A stretch of 64,000 bases of DNA from Vicinamibacterales bacterium (GCA_965246995.1 OZ252008.1:947986-1011985), one strand, 5' to 3'. Positions 1 through 9,410 are shown, counted from the stretch's first letter. The notes: generated by a model not told the origin, from the sequence alone. A program made the numbers and translations.

Positions 1-618
1 CTGTTTGAGGTTGACCAGCATCCGGATCAGGATGTCCTGCTTGGTCGCCCGTGCAAGCAGCCGCGGGTCGAGCTCCGCATCTCTCCCGGCGTACTGCTGC
101 AGCAGTGATTCGCAGTCGCCCTCCGAGAGAATGGCGCCGTCGTGGAACGGGTCCACGATCACGTGACTGATCCCGCCATCCGATCCCGCTGGCCGCGGCG
201 GCGACTTCAGGAGGAAATGGCCGGGGAAGTTGACACCGTCGATCGGAACCCCGGCCCGGCGTGACACTTCCATGTAGACCAGCGCCAGTGTGATCGGGAT
301 GCCGGTCCGGCGGTCGAGGACGTTGTTCAGGAAGCTGTTCCGCGGATCGTCGTAGTACGCGTGGTTGCCGGCGAAGCCCTGTTCCTTGAACAGATAGGTG
401 CTGAGCGCGGAGATTCGATAGGCCGGATCGGCGTCGTCGCCAAGCGCCCGGATGCGCAGCGTCGCCTCTTCGCCCATTCGGTCCAGCCGGTCGAGATAGG
501 GCGACGTATCAAGACGGGGATACTCGATCCGGGCGATCAGGAATGCGGCCGGGGCCAAGTCGGGGGCGGGCGACTTGGCGACCTCGGTGAAACGCTTGAT
601 GAAGTCTTCCGAGATCAT
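1..618 (-). CDS. SirB1/YchA-like (transglutaminase-fold + TPR) protein, 5' part; gene runs off the window start
   Basis: Open frame from ATG at 618 down to position 1. It is absent from the ORF track because no stop lies in the window. My translation is MISEDFIKRFTEVAKSP...ITLALVYMEVSRRAGVPIDGVNFPGHFLLK...GDCESLLQQY. It resembles the UPF0162/SirB1 family from memory. Confidence 0.5.
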   Translation of the reverse strand, partial: MISEDFIKRFTEVAKSPAPDLAPAAFLIARIEYPRLDTSPYLDRLDRMGEEATLRIRALGDDADPAYRISALSTYLFKEQGFAGNHAYYDDPRNSFLNNVLDRRTGIPITLALVYMEVSRRAGVPIDGVNFPGHFLLKSPPRPAGSDGGISHVIVDPFHDGAILSEGDCESLLQQYAGRDAELDPRLLARATKQDILIRMLVNLKQ

Positions 619-718
619 CGTCGGGGATCGTGGGACTGGACCGAAGACGGTACGGCCTCGCCCCGGGGACCATTGTAGCCGACGCATAGCAGGGGCCGGG
701 CCCGCCAACACCGGCGCA

Positions 719-1402
719 TCAGGTCAGGAGGGCCGCAAGCGTTTGGCGGTCGAGTTCGTCCAGACTGGCGACGACCGCCGCTGCGCCGGTGAGTTCGTCC
801 GAGGGATAACTGGTGGTGACGCCGACGCACGGCAGCCCGGCCGCGTTGGCTGACTCGATTCCCCAGCGCGAATCTTCGATGGCGATGAACCCGTCCGGCG
901 AGACAGGGCGGTCGAGTCCCCGGCAGAGCAGTTCGACCGCGCGCGCGTAGGTGTCGGGCGCCGGCTTGCTCGCCGCCACGTCGTCGGCTGCCACGATTGC
1001 AGCGAAGTGCTGCCGCAGTCCGGAGCGTGTCAGGATGATGTCGATCTCGTGGTGCAGGGCGCCTGACGCCACTGCGAGCGGGACACCGTCTGCCGCGCAC
1101 TGCTCGATGCAGCGGCGCGCGGCGGGGTACACCACGTCCGCCGACGCCACCCGTGCCGCGAAGTGGTCCGCTTTCGCGGCCGCCAGCCGCGCGGCATCCT
1201 CGGGGTCGATCGAAACGTCCTGGTCGCGCGCGATCGCCGCAAACAGTCCGGCGTCGTCCAGGCCAAGGTAGCGCTCCCAGTACGCCTCGTCGGACAGCTT
1301 CATCGGTCCACCCGCGAGCGCGTCCTGAAACGCCCGGAGATGGATAGGCTCGGTATCGGCGATGACGCCGTCGAAATCGAAGATGACGCCGAGCAGCTTC
1401 AC
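719..1402 (-). CDS. HAD-superfamily hydrolase (IA, beta-phosphoglucomutase-like)
   Basis: ORF 719..1489. It has HAD motif I, VIFDFDGVIADTE. The start is trimmed to GTG at 1402, which forms a GTGA overlap with the stop (1399-1401) of the upstream gene. Confidence 0.8.
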   Translation of the reverse strand: MKLLGVIFDFDGVIADTEPIHLRAFQDALAGGPMKLSDEAYWERYLGLDDAGLFAAIARDQDVSIDPEDAARLAAAKADHFAARVASADVVYPAARRCIEQCAADGVPLAVASGALHHEIDIILTRSGLRQHFAAIVAADDVAASKPAPDTYARAVELLCRGLDRPVSPDGFIAIEDSRWGIESANAAGLPCVGVTTSYPSDELTGAAAVVASLDELDRQTLAALLT

Positions 1403-2076
1403 GGCAGCCGGCGTTCGTCCTCGGGCGGCAGCTTCTCGCCGGCGAGAATCGGGATGGAGAGGCGGTTCTGCGGTGGCGGGAATGGACAATCGAACTGCTC
1501 GTCGAAGTAGCAGGTCGGATGGTATGCCCGGTTGAAGTCGAGGTCGTACACGCCGGTGGGCGAAAACGGCAGGTCGAGGTAGCGGCCGGCGGCGTAGGTC
1601 TCCATGCGGCTCGTTTCATCGCGGAACGGGACGAACAGTCCCGGGTCACCGTCGGAGACCAGGGCGTCCAGCCGATACTGCTCCCCTTGCAGGATGAACT
1701 CCAGGTGGCCGACATGCTCCATCTCTCGGACCAGTCCGGTCGATGTCGGGATGTCGAATACCTCCGGGTCTTCCGCCAGAACCAGGTTGGCGGGTACGCG
1801 ATACGCGGGATTCGGCTCGTAGTAACGCAGCGGCACCATCCATGAGCGGCGGTCTAGCGGCACCGGCGACTCGGCGCTGTTGCGGAAGAAATCATCCTTG
1901 AAGACGCGGTCCTCGAGCAGACGACCGACGTAGTTCCCCTCGTCGGGTGGCGGCGGACTGCATGCCGCTGCGGAGACGGCCGATACCAACAGCGCCAGCG
2001 CCCAGAAGTATCGAAACCCGGGCCGCGGGATAGGGTGACGCGCGGCGCCCACGCTCGTGGAGATCGTCCTGACCAT
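1399..2076 (-). CDS. DUF1684-family lipoprotein
   Basis: 225 aa with a signal/lipobox LLVSAVSAAAC. The conserved tail AGRYLDLPF...FNRAYHPTCYFDEQFDCPFPPPQNRL is typical of DUF1684. Confidence 0.7.
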   Translation of the reverse strand: MVRTISTSVGAARHPIPRPGFRYFWALALLVSAVSAAACSPPPPDEGNYVGRLLEDRVFKDDFFRNSAESPVPLDRRSWMVPLRYYEPNPAYRVPANLVLAEDPEVFDIPTSTGLVREMEHVGHLEFILQGEQYRLDALVSDGDPGLFVPFRDETSRMETYAAGRYLDLPFSPTGVYDLDFNRAYHPTCYFDEQFDCPFPPPQNRLSIPILAGEKLPPEDERRLP

Positions 2077-2079
2077 TCG

Positions 2080-2091
2080 ACGGGCTCCTAG
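2080..2091. repeat. solo terminus of the 184-bp element (ACGGGCTCCTAG)
   Basis: Exact 12-nt match to the right end of the 184-bp element. It fills the 11-nt gap between the DUF1684 start (2076) and the acyl-CoA dehydrogenase stop (cta 2088-2090). Confidence 0.45.
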
Positions 2092-3869
2092 AGTGGGTAC
2101 GCTCCTCGCTCGACCGCAGCGTCCGCCAGGCGGCGTCGGATCGCCACGGCATTGACCGGGATCACTTTCAGCAGCCGGCGGAGTACTGCGAGATGCGTCC
2201 GGAGCGTGTCGCCCTCCGCCATTGCCGCGAGCGCGGCCCGCGCCGTAACGTCAATCCGCAACGCGGCGTCGCTGACGTACACGGCCGCGGCATCCACCTG
2301 CCGGTCGGCGCCGGGCACGCCCTCCGCGGACGCGGCGCGCGCCCGCTGCACCACACTGTCGGCCGCGTAGGTGTCGATGATGATGTCGGCCGCGAGCGAC
2401 AGGATCTCCTGTTCGTCAGTCAGCTTGTTGCCATGCGTCTGGAGCGCCAGGCCGACGACCGCCAGCACCACCTTCCGGAACATGCCGACGGCGGCGTTCT
2501 GCGCTTCGAGCAAACCGTTGCCGGCCGGCGCTACGGGGGAGGGTGTCAGCAATTCGTCCTGCAGCTTCCGGGCCGCGTCGATCAGCGGCAAACCTCCCTT
2601 GAGCGCCCGTTTGACCAGCATGCCGGGGATCAGTAACCGGTTGATCTCGTTCGTCCCTTCGAAGATCCGGTTGACGCGCGAGTCGCGGTAGTGCCGCTCG
2701 GCGGGGTAGTCCCGGACGAAGCCGTTGCCGCCATGGATCTGCACGTTCTCGTCGAGAACGTAGTGCAGTGCCTCGCTGCCGGCCACTTTCAGGATCGATG
2801 ATTCAACCGCGTACTCCTCAAGGGTCCGCAGTAGCGCCCCGGTGTCTTCCGCGTCCGCCTCGGCGAGAGCGGCGTCAATCAAGCCGGCGGTCCGAAAGAC
2901 CATCGACTCGATCGCGTACGTCCTGGCGGTCATCTCGCCCAACTTGTGCTTGATAGCGCCGAAGTTGGCGATTGGCTGGCCGAACTGCTGACGGCTGGCC
3001 GCGTAGCGGGCCGCCTCGCCGACAGCCGATGTCGCGCTGCCGACGGTGGAGGCTCCCAGCTTGAACCGGCCGTAGTTGAGCACGTTGAAGGCGACGCGGT
3101 GGCCCTTGCCCACCTCGCCGAGCAGGTTTTCAGCCGGTACGCGGACGTCCTGCAACACGACCGCGGTCGTCGATGAGCCGTGGAGGCCCATCTTGTGCTC
3201 TTCCTTGCCGCTCGCGACGCCGTCGAATCCCCGCTCGACGATGAACGCGGTGAACTGCTCGCCGTTCACCTTCGCGAACACGATGTAGAGATCGGCGAAG
3301 CCGCCGTTCGTGATCCACATCTTCTCGCCGTTCAGTACGAAGCTGCCGTCCGCCTGCTCGGTCGCGCGTGCGCGGGCGCCGAGCGCGTCGGAGCCGGAGC
3401 CGGTTTCACTCAGGCAATAGGCGCCGACCAGTTCGCCTGACACCAGTTGCGGCAGGTAGCGCTGCTTCTGGTCCTCGGTGCCGAACATCAGGATCGGCAG
3501 GATGGCGAGCCCGGTGTGTGCGCCGATGGTGGAGCTGAACGAACCGCACCGGCCGACCGATCCGCCGATGATTGCCGAACTCACTTTGTCGAGTTCGAGG
3601 CCGCCGTACGCCTCCGGCACGTCGGTCCCGAGCAGCCCCAGCTCGCCTGCCTGCCGGAGCAACTGGCGGGCGAGATCCCAGTCCTTGGACTCGAGCCGAT
3701 CGTTTTGGGCCAACGTCTCGTCCGCGAACTGATCGGCGGTCTGGCGGAGGAGCCGATGTTCCTCCGTCATCCGTTCCGGCGTGACAATGGCATTGGGGTC
3801 CGTCTCGGCGAGCAGCCACTCGCCACCCCGTGCCGCGTGTTCCGTTGCCGTCATCGTTGCCGTTGCCAT
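2088..3869 (-). CDS. acyl-CoA dehydrogenase (long, ~590 aa type)
   Basis: 593-aa ORF. ACAD motifs are present: AYCLSETGSGSDA and QIHGGNGFVRDYPAERHYRDSRVNRIFEGTNEI. A C-terminal extension follows, as in FadE-type enzymes. Confidence 0.9.
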   Translation of the reverse strand: MATATMTATEHAARGGEWLLAETDPNAIVTPERMTEEHRLLRQTADQFADETLAQNDRLESKDWDLARQLLRQAGELGLLGTDVPEAYGGLELDKVSSAIIGGSVGRCGSFSSTIGAHTGLAILPILMFGTEDQKQRYLPQLVSGELVGAYCLSETGSGSDALGARARATEQADGSFVLNGEKMWITNGGFADLYIVFAKVNGEQFTAFIVERGFDGVASGKEEHKMGLHGSSTTAVVLQDVRVPAENLLGEVGKGHRVAFNVLNYGRFKLGASTVGSATSAVGEAARYAASRQQFGQPIANFGAIKHKLGEMTARTYAIESMVFRTAGLIDAALAEADAEDTGALLRTLEEYAVESSILKVAGSEALHYVLDENVQIHGGNGFVRDYPAERHYRDSRVNRIFEGTNEINRLLIPGMLVKRALKGGLPLIDAARKLQDELLTPSPVAPAGNGLLEAQNAAVGMFRKVVLAVVGLALQTHGNKLTDEQEILSLAADIIIDTYAADSVVQRARAASAEGVPGADRQVDAAAVYVSDAALRIDVTARAALAAMAEGDTLRTHLAVLRRLLKVIPVNAVAIRRRLADAAVERGAYPL

Positions 3870-3902
3870 CGTCGTCTCCCTGCCCTTCGGTGGCGGCCGG
3901 TT

Positions 3903-5093
3903 TCAGAGCCGCTCGAAGATGCCGGCTGCGCCCATGCCGCCGCCGACGCACATCGTCACCATGCCGTAGCGCCCGTTCCGCCTCTCCAGCTCGTGCAGCA
4001 GCGTCGCGGTCAGCTTTGCGCCCGTGCAGCCGAGGGGATGGCCCAGCGCGATTGCGCCGCCGTTGACGTTCAAGCGATCCGGATCAATCGGGAACTCGCG
4101 GAGGCAGGCGAGTACCTGAGCCGCGAACGCCTCGTTCAGTTCCACCAAGTCGATATCGTCGATGGTGAGGTTCGCGAGACGCAGCGCCTTCTGCATCGCC
4201 GGGACCGGCCCGAGACCGAACAGTTCCGGCTTGACACCGGCGGTGGCGTAGGTGACGAACCGTGCGAGCGGCTTCAGCCCGAGCCTCGCAGCATGTTCCG
4301 CCGTCGTCACGACCGCCGCCGCCGCGCCGTCGCTCGTTTGCGACGAGTTGCCGGCGGTTACCGAACCTCTTGCCTTGAAGACCGGCCGCAACGATCCCAG
4401 CGCTTCGAGCGACGTGTCAGCGCGCGGCCCTTCATCGGTGGTGATGACGACCTCGCGGATAGCAGGGCCATTGCCCCCACCGTTCCCGTTTGCCGATTCG
4501 GCACGCTGCACGGTAACCGAGACGATCTCGTCCTCGAAGCGCCCCGAGTCAATGGCGGCGAGCGCGCGCTGATGGCTCCGGAGCGCGAAGGCGTCCTGTT
4601 CCTCTCGTGTGATGCGCGACTCGCGTGCGTGGTTCTCCGCCACCAGGCCGGTGCTGAGATAGACGTCGGGGTAGTGCTCCACCAGCGCCGGGTTAGGCAC
4701 GAATTTGTGGCCCACCATCGGGACCAGGCTCATCGATTCCGTGCCCCCGGCCACAATCGTCTCTGCCGTGCCGGCCAGAATCCGTTCTGCCGCGAAAGCA
4801 ATGGACTGCAACCCGGACGAGCAGAAACGGTTGATCGTGACGGCGGATGCCTCGACCGGGATGCCGGCGCGCAGGCTGGCGATCCGCGCGACGTTCATCC
4901 CCTGTTCCGCCTCGGGCATCGCGCAACCCAGGATTACGTCCTCCACCTTGGCGGGATCCATGTCGCCGGCGCGTTCAAGCGCCGCGCGGATCGCGGTGGC
5001 GGCCAGTTCATCCGGCCGCGTGTTGCGGAACGATCCCTTCGGCGCCTTGGTGGCGGGGGTCCGGACCGCGGAAGCGATGACTGCCTCTCTCAT
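3903..5093 (-). CDS. fadA: acetyl-CoA C-acyltransferase (thiolase)
   Basis: ORF 3903..5207 trimmed to ATG 5093 ([17 protein letters not shown]). Thiolase signatures are present: [25 protein letters not shown] and [11 protein letters not shown]. Confidence 0.9.
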   Translation of the reverse strand: MREAVIASAVRTPATKAPKGSFRNTRPDELAATAIRAALERAGDMDPAKVEDVILGCAMPEAEQGMNVARIASLRAGIPVEASAVTINRFCSSGLQSIAFAAERILAGTAETIVAGGTESMSLVPMVGHKFVPNPALVEHYPDVYLSTGLVAENHARESRITREEQDAFALRSHQRALAAIDSGRFEDEIVSVTVQRAESANGNGGGNGPAIREVVITTDEGPRADTSLEALGSLRPVFKARGSVTAGNSSQTSDGAAAAVVTTAEHAARLGLKPLARFVTYATAGVKPELFGLGPVPAMQKALRLANLTIDDIDLVELNEAFAAQVLACLREFPIDPDRLNVNGGAIALGHPLGCTGAKLTATLLHELERRNGRYGMVTMCVGGGMGAAGIFERL

Positions 5094-5154
5094 GATCTGA
5101 CTCCGTTCTCGATGCGTCCACTTTCGGCGCAACTCGCTGCCCTGCCCGCGCGGC

Positions 5155-5967
5155 TCACGCGTGTGCCGGCGACGGAAGGGCCGCGGTTGCTGCGGCGTCG
5201 CGCGCAAACTCCGCGACCATGCTCGCGAACCGGTCGGGCCGGGTGACCAGTCCGATATGACCGGTCCGTTCGATCCAATCGTACCGCGCTCCGGGGATGG
5301 CGTCGAGGTACGATCGGGTGCTCTCCACCGCCACTACCCGGTCCAGCCCCACCTCGCCCGTCACGATCTGAACCGGCGCCTGGATGCGCGCACAGTCGGC
5401 CGTGAAGTCGACCTCGGCGGCCAGTCGGACCCGCTCGGCCATCCGGGTCGGGGACATCGCGTAGCGGGTCACCCGGTAGAGATGCTCGGCAGCGAACCGG
5501 GCGCGGTCTGCCAGGCTGGGGAACGCGAGAGCGATCTCCGGGTAGAGCCGCAGCGGCGAGCTGAGGGCAAAGATGGGAGAGAGCAGTCGTGGCGCGCGGA
5601 GGTACCACTCGACGCGGCAGCCCGGCCGCCAGCGGGGCGCCGGTGCGGAGGCCAGGGTCAGACTGGTGACGCGCTCGGGCCGAACCGCCGCGTAGTGGAG
5701 TGCAACCCACCCGCCGAACGAGACGCCGCAAAGCGCCGCTCGCGCCACTCCGGCGCGGTCCAGCAAGGCGTCCAGCCAGGACACGTAGCTCTCGAAGCCG
5801 AGCGTCTGATCGATCGCCTGCATGGCGCCGCTATCGCCCGGCAACGAGCCGGTCAGCACGCGCGTGCGCGCCGCCAGGGCATCGACCGCCGGCTTCATCC
5901 ACTCCCACCGACCCTGAATCCCTGGGATCAGCACGAGTGGCGTGCCGGCGCCGCGGTCGATGATCAT
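5155..5967 (-). CDS. alpha/beta-fold hydrolase
   Basis: 270 aa. It has N-terminal PLVLIPG and the nucleophile-elbow context LCGVSFGGW. It lies between the fadN-type and thiolase genes. Confidence 0.75.
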   Translation of the reverse strand: MIIDRGAGTPLVLIPGIQGRWEWMKPAVDALAARTRVLTGSLPGDSGAMQAIDQTLGFESYVSWLDALLDRAGVARAALCGVSFGGWVALHYAAVRPERVTSLTLASAPAPRWRPGCRVEWYLRAPRLLSPIFALSSPLRLYPEIALAFPSLADRARFAAEHLYRVTRYAMSPTRMAERVRLAAEVDFTADCARIQAPVQIVTGEVGLDRVVAVESTRSYLDAIPGARYDWIERTGHIGLVTRPDRFASMVAEFARDAAATAALPSPAHA

Positions 5968-5983
5968 CGTTCGCGCTCCCGGG

Positions 5984-8275
5984 TCAGTTCCTGAGCGGTT
6001 TACCAGTCTTCAGGATATGCGCCATCCGCTCCTGAGTCTTCGCCTCGCCGAGCAGACTGAGGAATGCTTCCCGTTCAAGGTCCAGCAGATACTGCTCCGT
6101 TACCGTGGTGGCGTGGGGAAGGTCTCCTCCCGCCAGGATACGGGCGAGGAGCCGGCCGATATGCGCGTCATGATCGCTGATCCGTCCGGCGCGCCACGCG
6201 ATATGGACACCGAGGTCGAGCGCCGCACGAACGCCGGCTCCGCCCACCGGGATGTCCATCAGCGGTGCGGGCGGATGGTACCCGGTGCGGGCCAGATCGA
6301 GCGCCTTGCGCTTCGCGTCCGTCATCAGCCGTTCGCGGTTCATCGTGATGCCGTCCACCTCGCGGAGCAATCCGAGACGCTTCGCGTCGGCGGCACTGCT
6401 CGACACGGTACCGAAGCCGATCAGTTCGAACGCGCGCTGCACCTGTGGTAGCGAATCGCCTCCCGGCGGCACGAGCCGCGTGAACCGGACCAGCAGCTCT
6501 TTCGTTCCGCACCCCGCCGGGATCAATCCGGCGCCGACCTCCACCTGTCCCATGTAGGTTTCGGCCCCCGCCTGCACCCGATCGCTGTGCAGCGTAATCT
6601 CGCAGCCGCCGCCGAGCGTCAGCCCGGCAGGAGCGGAAACTACCGGTACGGCGGCGTCGCGCAGGCTGACTACCGTCGACTGGAACGTCCGGATCATCAA
6701 GTCGAGTTCGTCCCAGTTCTCGTCCTGCGCCTCGAAGAGTGCCAGCATCAGGTTCGCACCCGCCGAGAACGCCGGCGCGTCGTTGCCGATGACGAGCGCC
6801 TCGAAGTTCTTTGTCGCCTCCTCGATGCCTGCTGTCAGCATGGCGAGGGTGTCGCCGCCGATGGTGTTCATCTTCGAGTGGAACTCGACTGCGAGCACGC
6901 CGTCGCCCAAGTCGATCAGACTGGCGCCCGGGTTCTCGCGTACTGCCGGCGCTGTTGACTTCGCGCTCCTGAGGATCTGCAGGTCGGACCCGGCGGGCGG
7001 CACGAGGCTGTCGCGGAAGCGAACCTGCGCGGACTCCGTGGCGGTGCGCCGCTTGGCGACCAGCGGAGGCGGATCGTCGCTCGCGCCCGCGGCCTCGAGC
7101 ACCGCGTCGGCGCCTATCGCATCCCACAACTCGAACGGTCCCAGCTCCCAGCCGAAACCCCACTGCATCGCCCGATCGATGTCGTCTATCGAATGCGCGA
7201 TGATGGGAGCGACACGCGCGGCGTATACGAGCGTCGGTGCGAGCGTCGCCCGCAGGAAGTCGCCAACGCGGTCGCGACCCCGAAACAGTGTCCGGATCCG
7301 TTCGCCCGCCGCTTCGATCGACGCGGCGGCGTCGAGCGCCGGCAGCCGCGCCGGCTCACGCGGCCGGTACTCCATTTTCGTCGGATCGAGCGTGACAATC
7401 GCGCTTCCCTCCGAGCGTGACTGCTTCCGGTAGAAGCCGCGCCCCACCTTGGCGCCGATCCAGCCCCGCTCGACCATCTCGGCGATGACCGGCGGCAGTG
7501 CGAACGCCGCGCGCTCCGCGTCGTCGCGGATCTGATCCGCCAGATTGGTGGCGACGAGCGCCGTCACGTCGATGCCGGCGATGTCCATCGTCCGAAACGT
7601 CGCCGACTTGGGCCGGCCGATCGCAGGACCGGTGATTGCGTCGATTTCCTCGATCGTGTAGCTCCCGAGCTGCTCGAAGATCCGCAGCATGCCGTACAGG
7701 CCGATGCGGTTCGCGATGAAGTTGGGCGTGTCCTTTGCGATCACCACGCCCTTGCCCAGGATGCGATCCCCGAAGCGGGTGATCGTGTCGACGACCGCGG
7801 GATCGGTGTCGGCGGTCGGGATCACCTCGAGCAGCGGCAGGTAGCGGGGTGGATTGAAGAAATGCGTACCGAGCCAGTGGCGGCGGAAAGCGTCGCTGCG
7901 CCCCTCTGCGATGCTGGCGATCGGGATGCCGGAGGTGTTCGAGCTGACGATTGCGTCTTCTGCCCGGTGCGCCTCCACCCTGGAGAGGAGCGTCTGCTTG
8001 ATATCCAGCCGCTCGACGACGGCTTCGACGATCCAGTCGCACTGGGCGAGGCGGTCGAGGTGGGTGTCGAACCCGCCGGTCGTGACCAGACTGGCTGTCG
8101 CGGGCGTGAAGAAGGGAGCCGGCTTCAGTTTCCGTGCGCGGGCCAGACCTTTGCGTGCGGTCGCTTCATCCAGGTCGAGAAGGAGAACCGGCAGTCCCGC
8201 GTTGGCGGCGTGGGCGGCGATCTGCGCCCCCATAACCCCCGCACCCAAGACGCCGACCGATCGGATCTGATGCAC
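5984..8275 (-). CDS. 3-hydroxyacyl-CoA dehydrogenase / enoyl-CoA hydratase fusion (dehydrogenase N-terminal, crotonase C-terminal)
   Basis: ORF 5984..8335. It has the Rossmann motif VGVLGAGVMGAQIA and a later crotonase fold (GLTLGGGCEITLH). I prefer the GTG start at 8275 (MHQIRSVGVLGAG) because codons 8276-8335 read through a repeat-element remnant. The alternative start is 8335. Confidence 0.85.
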   Translation of the reverse strand: MHQIRSVGVLGAGVMGAQIAAHAANAGLPVLLLDLDEATARKGLARARKLKPAPFFTPATASLVTTGGFDTHLDRLAQCDWIVEAVVERLDIKQTLLSRVEAHRAEDAIVSSNTSGIPIASIAEGRSDAFRRHWLGTHFFNPPRYLPLLEVIPTADTDPAVVDTITRFGDRILGKGVVIAKDTPNFIANRIGLYGMLRIFEQLGSYTIEEIDAITGPAIGRPKSATFRTMDIAGIDVTALVATNLADQIRDDAERAAFALPPVIAEMVERGWIGAKVGRGFYRKQSRSEGSAIVTLDPTKMEYRPREPARLPALDAAASIEAAGERIRTLFRGRDRVGDFLRATLAPTLVYAARVAPIIAHSIDDIDRAMQWGFGWELGPFELWDAIGADAVLEAAGASDDPPPLVAKRRTATESAQVRFRDSLVPPAGSDLQILRSAKSTAPAVRENPGASLIDLGDGVLAVEFHSKMNTIGGDTLAMLTAGIEEATKNFEALVIGNDAPAFSAGANLMLALFEAQDENWDELDLMIRTFQSTVVSLRDAAVPVVSAPAGLTLGGGCEITLHSDRVQAGAETYMGQVEVGAGLIPAGCGTKELLVRFTRLVPPGGDSLPQVQRAFELIGFGTVSSSAADAKRLGLLREVDGITMNRERLMTDAKRKALDLARTGYHPPAPLMDIPVGGAGVRAALDLGVHIAWRAGRISDHDAHIGRLLARILAGGDLPHATTVTEQYLLDLEREAFLSLLGEAKTQERMAHILKTGKPLRN

Positions 8276-8297
8276 GGGGTTGCCGGAATGCCGGGTG

Positions 8298-8345
8298 TTA
8301 GGCGCCCGTGGTGAAACCTCGCGTAGCACCGCCACGGGCGGTTAG
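8298..8345 (-). repeat. 48-bp internally deleted derivative of the 184-bp element, TTAG-bounded
   Basis: The sequence is TTAGGCGCCCGTGGTGAAACCTCGCGTAGCACC-GCCACGGGCGGTTAG. Its first 33 nt match the reverse complement of the right end of the 184-bp element at 29/33. Its last ~15 nt match the other terminus. Confidence 0.6.
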
Positions 8346-9334
8346 GGGAGCGCGGCGAGCGTTGCCTGCGCCTGGGCGCCTTCGGCGGAATCAGGCGCGA
8401 CGTCAACGACCCGCTGGAAGTACTCCTTGGCGGTGGCTATGTCGCCCAGGTTGAGTGCCACTAGCGCGCGCTTGAAGAGCGGCATCGCCCAGTTCCCGTC
8501 GACCGAGATCGCCTTCTCGTACCACTCCGCCGCCTCTTCCGCCGCACCGCGCGCGAACGCCTGCTCGCCCTGGTTGTAGAGATCTTCCCGCGATGCGCTC
8601 AAGCTGGAGGCAGTCTCTTCGAGCAGCTGCAGTTCCTCGGGCGTGGCGGTGCCGGAAGCCATCCGCTGCCGGGCGCGCGCCACCAGGATGACCTGGTTGC
8701 CCGGATCCGCCTCGAGCGCCCGATCGTAAGCTGCGATCGCCGCGTCGTACTGCGTCTGCACGGCGTAGGCATTACCGATATTGACATGCAGCCGCGACAG
8801 CTGCGGGAGTTGCTCGAGGATCGACTCGTATCCGCTGATCGCCTGGTCGTAGTTGCCGGTGTTGTAGGCCTCATCCGCCGCGCTCTGGGCCGCTTCGATC
8901 CCGTCGAGATCGACTCCCTCTACCGCTTCCGCGCCGAGCGCCTGCTCGAGCGGGTGGAGAATGCGGTTCAACTGGAAGTCGACCGGCGGCGTTCGGGTCT
9001 GCGTCACCATGGCAGGTCCCTGGCTCGACAAGAAGCCACGCGGCTCGCCGTTCGCTGCTCCGCATTCCGCACCACAGTCGGCCCGGAACACCCACTGGCC
9101 GCTCGCGAGCCCCAGGACGGCGTAGCGTCCGTCGTCTTCGGTTGTCGTCTCGAATTCGGGCGGGTTCGCGGTGGGGTTGGTGGCCGTAATCGTGACGCCG
9201 GCCAGCGGGTTCCCGTTCTCGCCGGTCACCGTGCCGCCGACGCGTCCACGCTGCCCGTAGGCGGTGGCTGCGACCGCCAGCACGAGCAACGCTGCGACGC
9301 CGGAAAAGACAGCGTGACGTGAAAGCAGACTCAT
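8342..9334 (-). CDS. secreted CarboxypepD_reg-like domain + TPR-repeat protein
   Basis: 330 aa with a signal peptide. The N-terminal segment GTVTGENGNPLAGVTITATN...DDGRYAVLGLASGQWVF is followed by TPR-like repeats (YNTGNYDQAISGYE, GNAYAVQTQYDAAIAAYDRAL). Confidence 0.7.
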   Translation of the reverse strand: MSLLSRHAVFSGVAALLVLAVAATAYGQRGRVGGTVTGENGNPLAGVTITATNPTANPPEFETTTEDDGRYAVLGLASGQWVFRADCGAECGAANGEPRGFLSSQGPAMVTQTRTPPVDFQLNRILHPLEQALGAEAVEGVDLDGIEAAQSAADEAYNTGNYDQAISGYESILEQLPQLSRLHVNIGNAYAVQTQYDAAIAAYDRALEADPGNQVILVARARQRMASGTATPEELQLLEETASSLSASREDLYNQGEQAFARGAAEEAAEWYEKAISVDGNWAMPLFKRALVALNLGDIATAKEYFQRVVDVAPDSAEGAQAQATLAALP

Positions 9335-9410
9335 CGCAAACTCCTCGGAACCCCGTTCAGAAGGGCCATCATCGCATCATTATATCCGAACCGGGCGGTA
9401 TCATTAGGGG

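Noticed and set aside
615-1715. Long ORFs in the track that overlap or run antisense to the genes called above. Examples: 615..1715, 3447..5246, 6168..7163, 13171..14028, 17418..18827, 18745..20310, 24080..25942, 26093..27478, 35726..37024, 37122..38717, 45671..46852, 48359..50116, 49543..51045 and 55645..57435.
   Set aside because: Their translations are Arg/Pro/Gly/Ala-rich low-complexity strings with no recognisable motifs. They shadow a partner frame that has clear family signatures. Such stop-free alternative frames are expected in high-GC DNA.
8276-8335. A 20-codon N-terminal extension of the fadN-type gene (MAVLREVSPRAPNTRHSGNP).
   Set aside because: It reads straight through the 48-bp element remnant (VSPRAP again). 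The Rossmann motif follows the internal GTG at 8275 at the usual distance.
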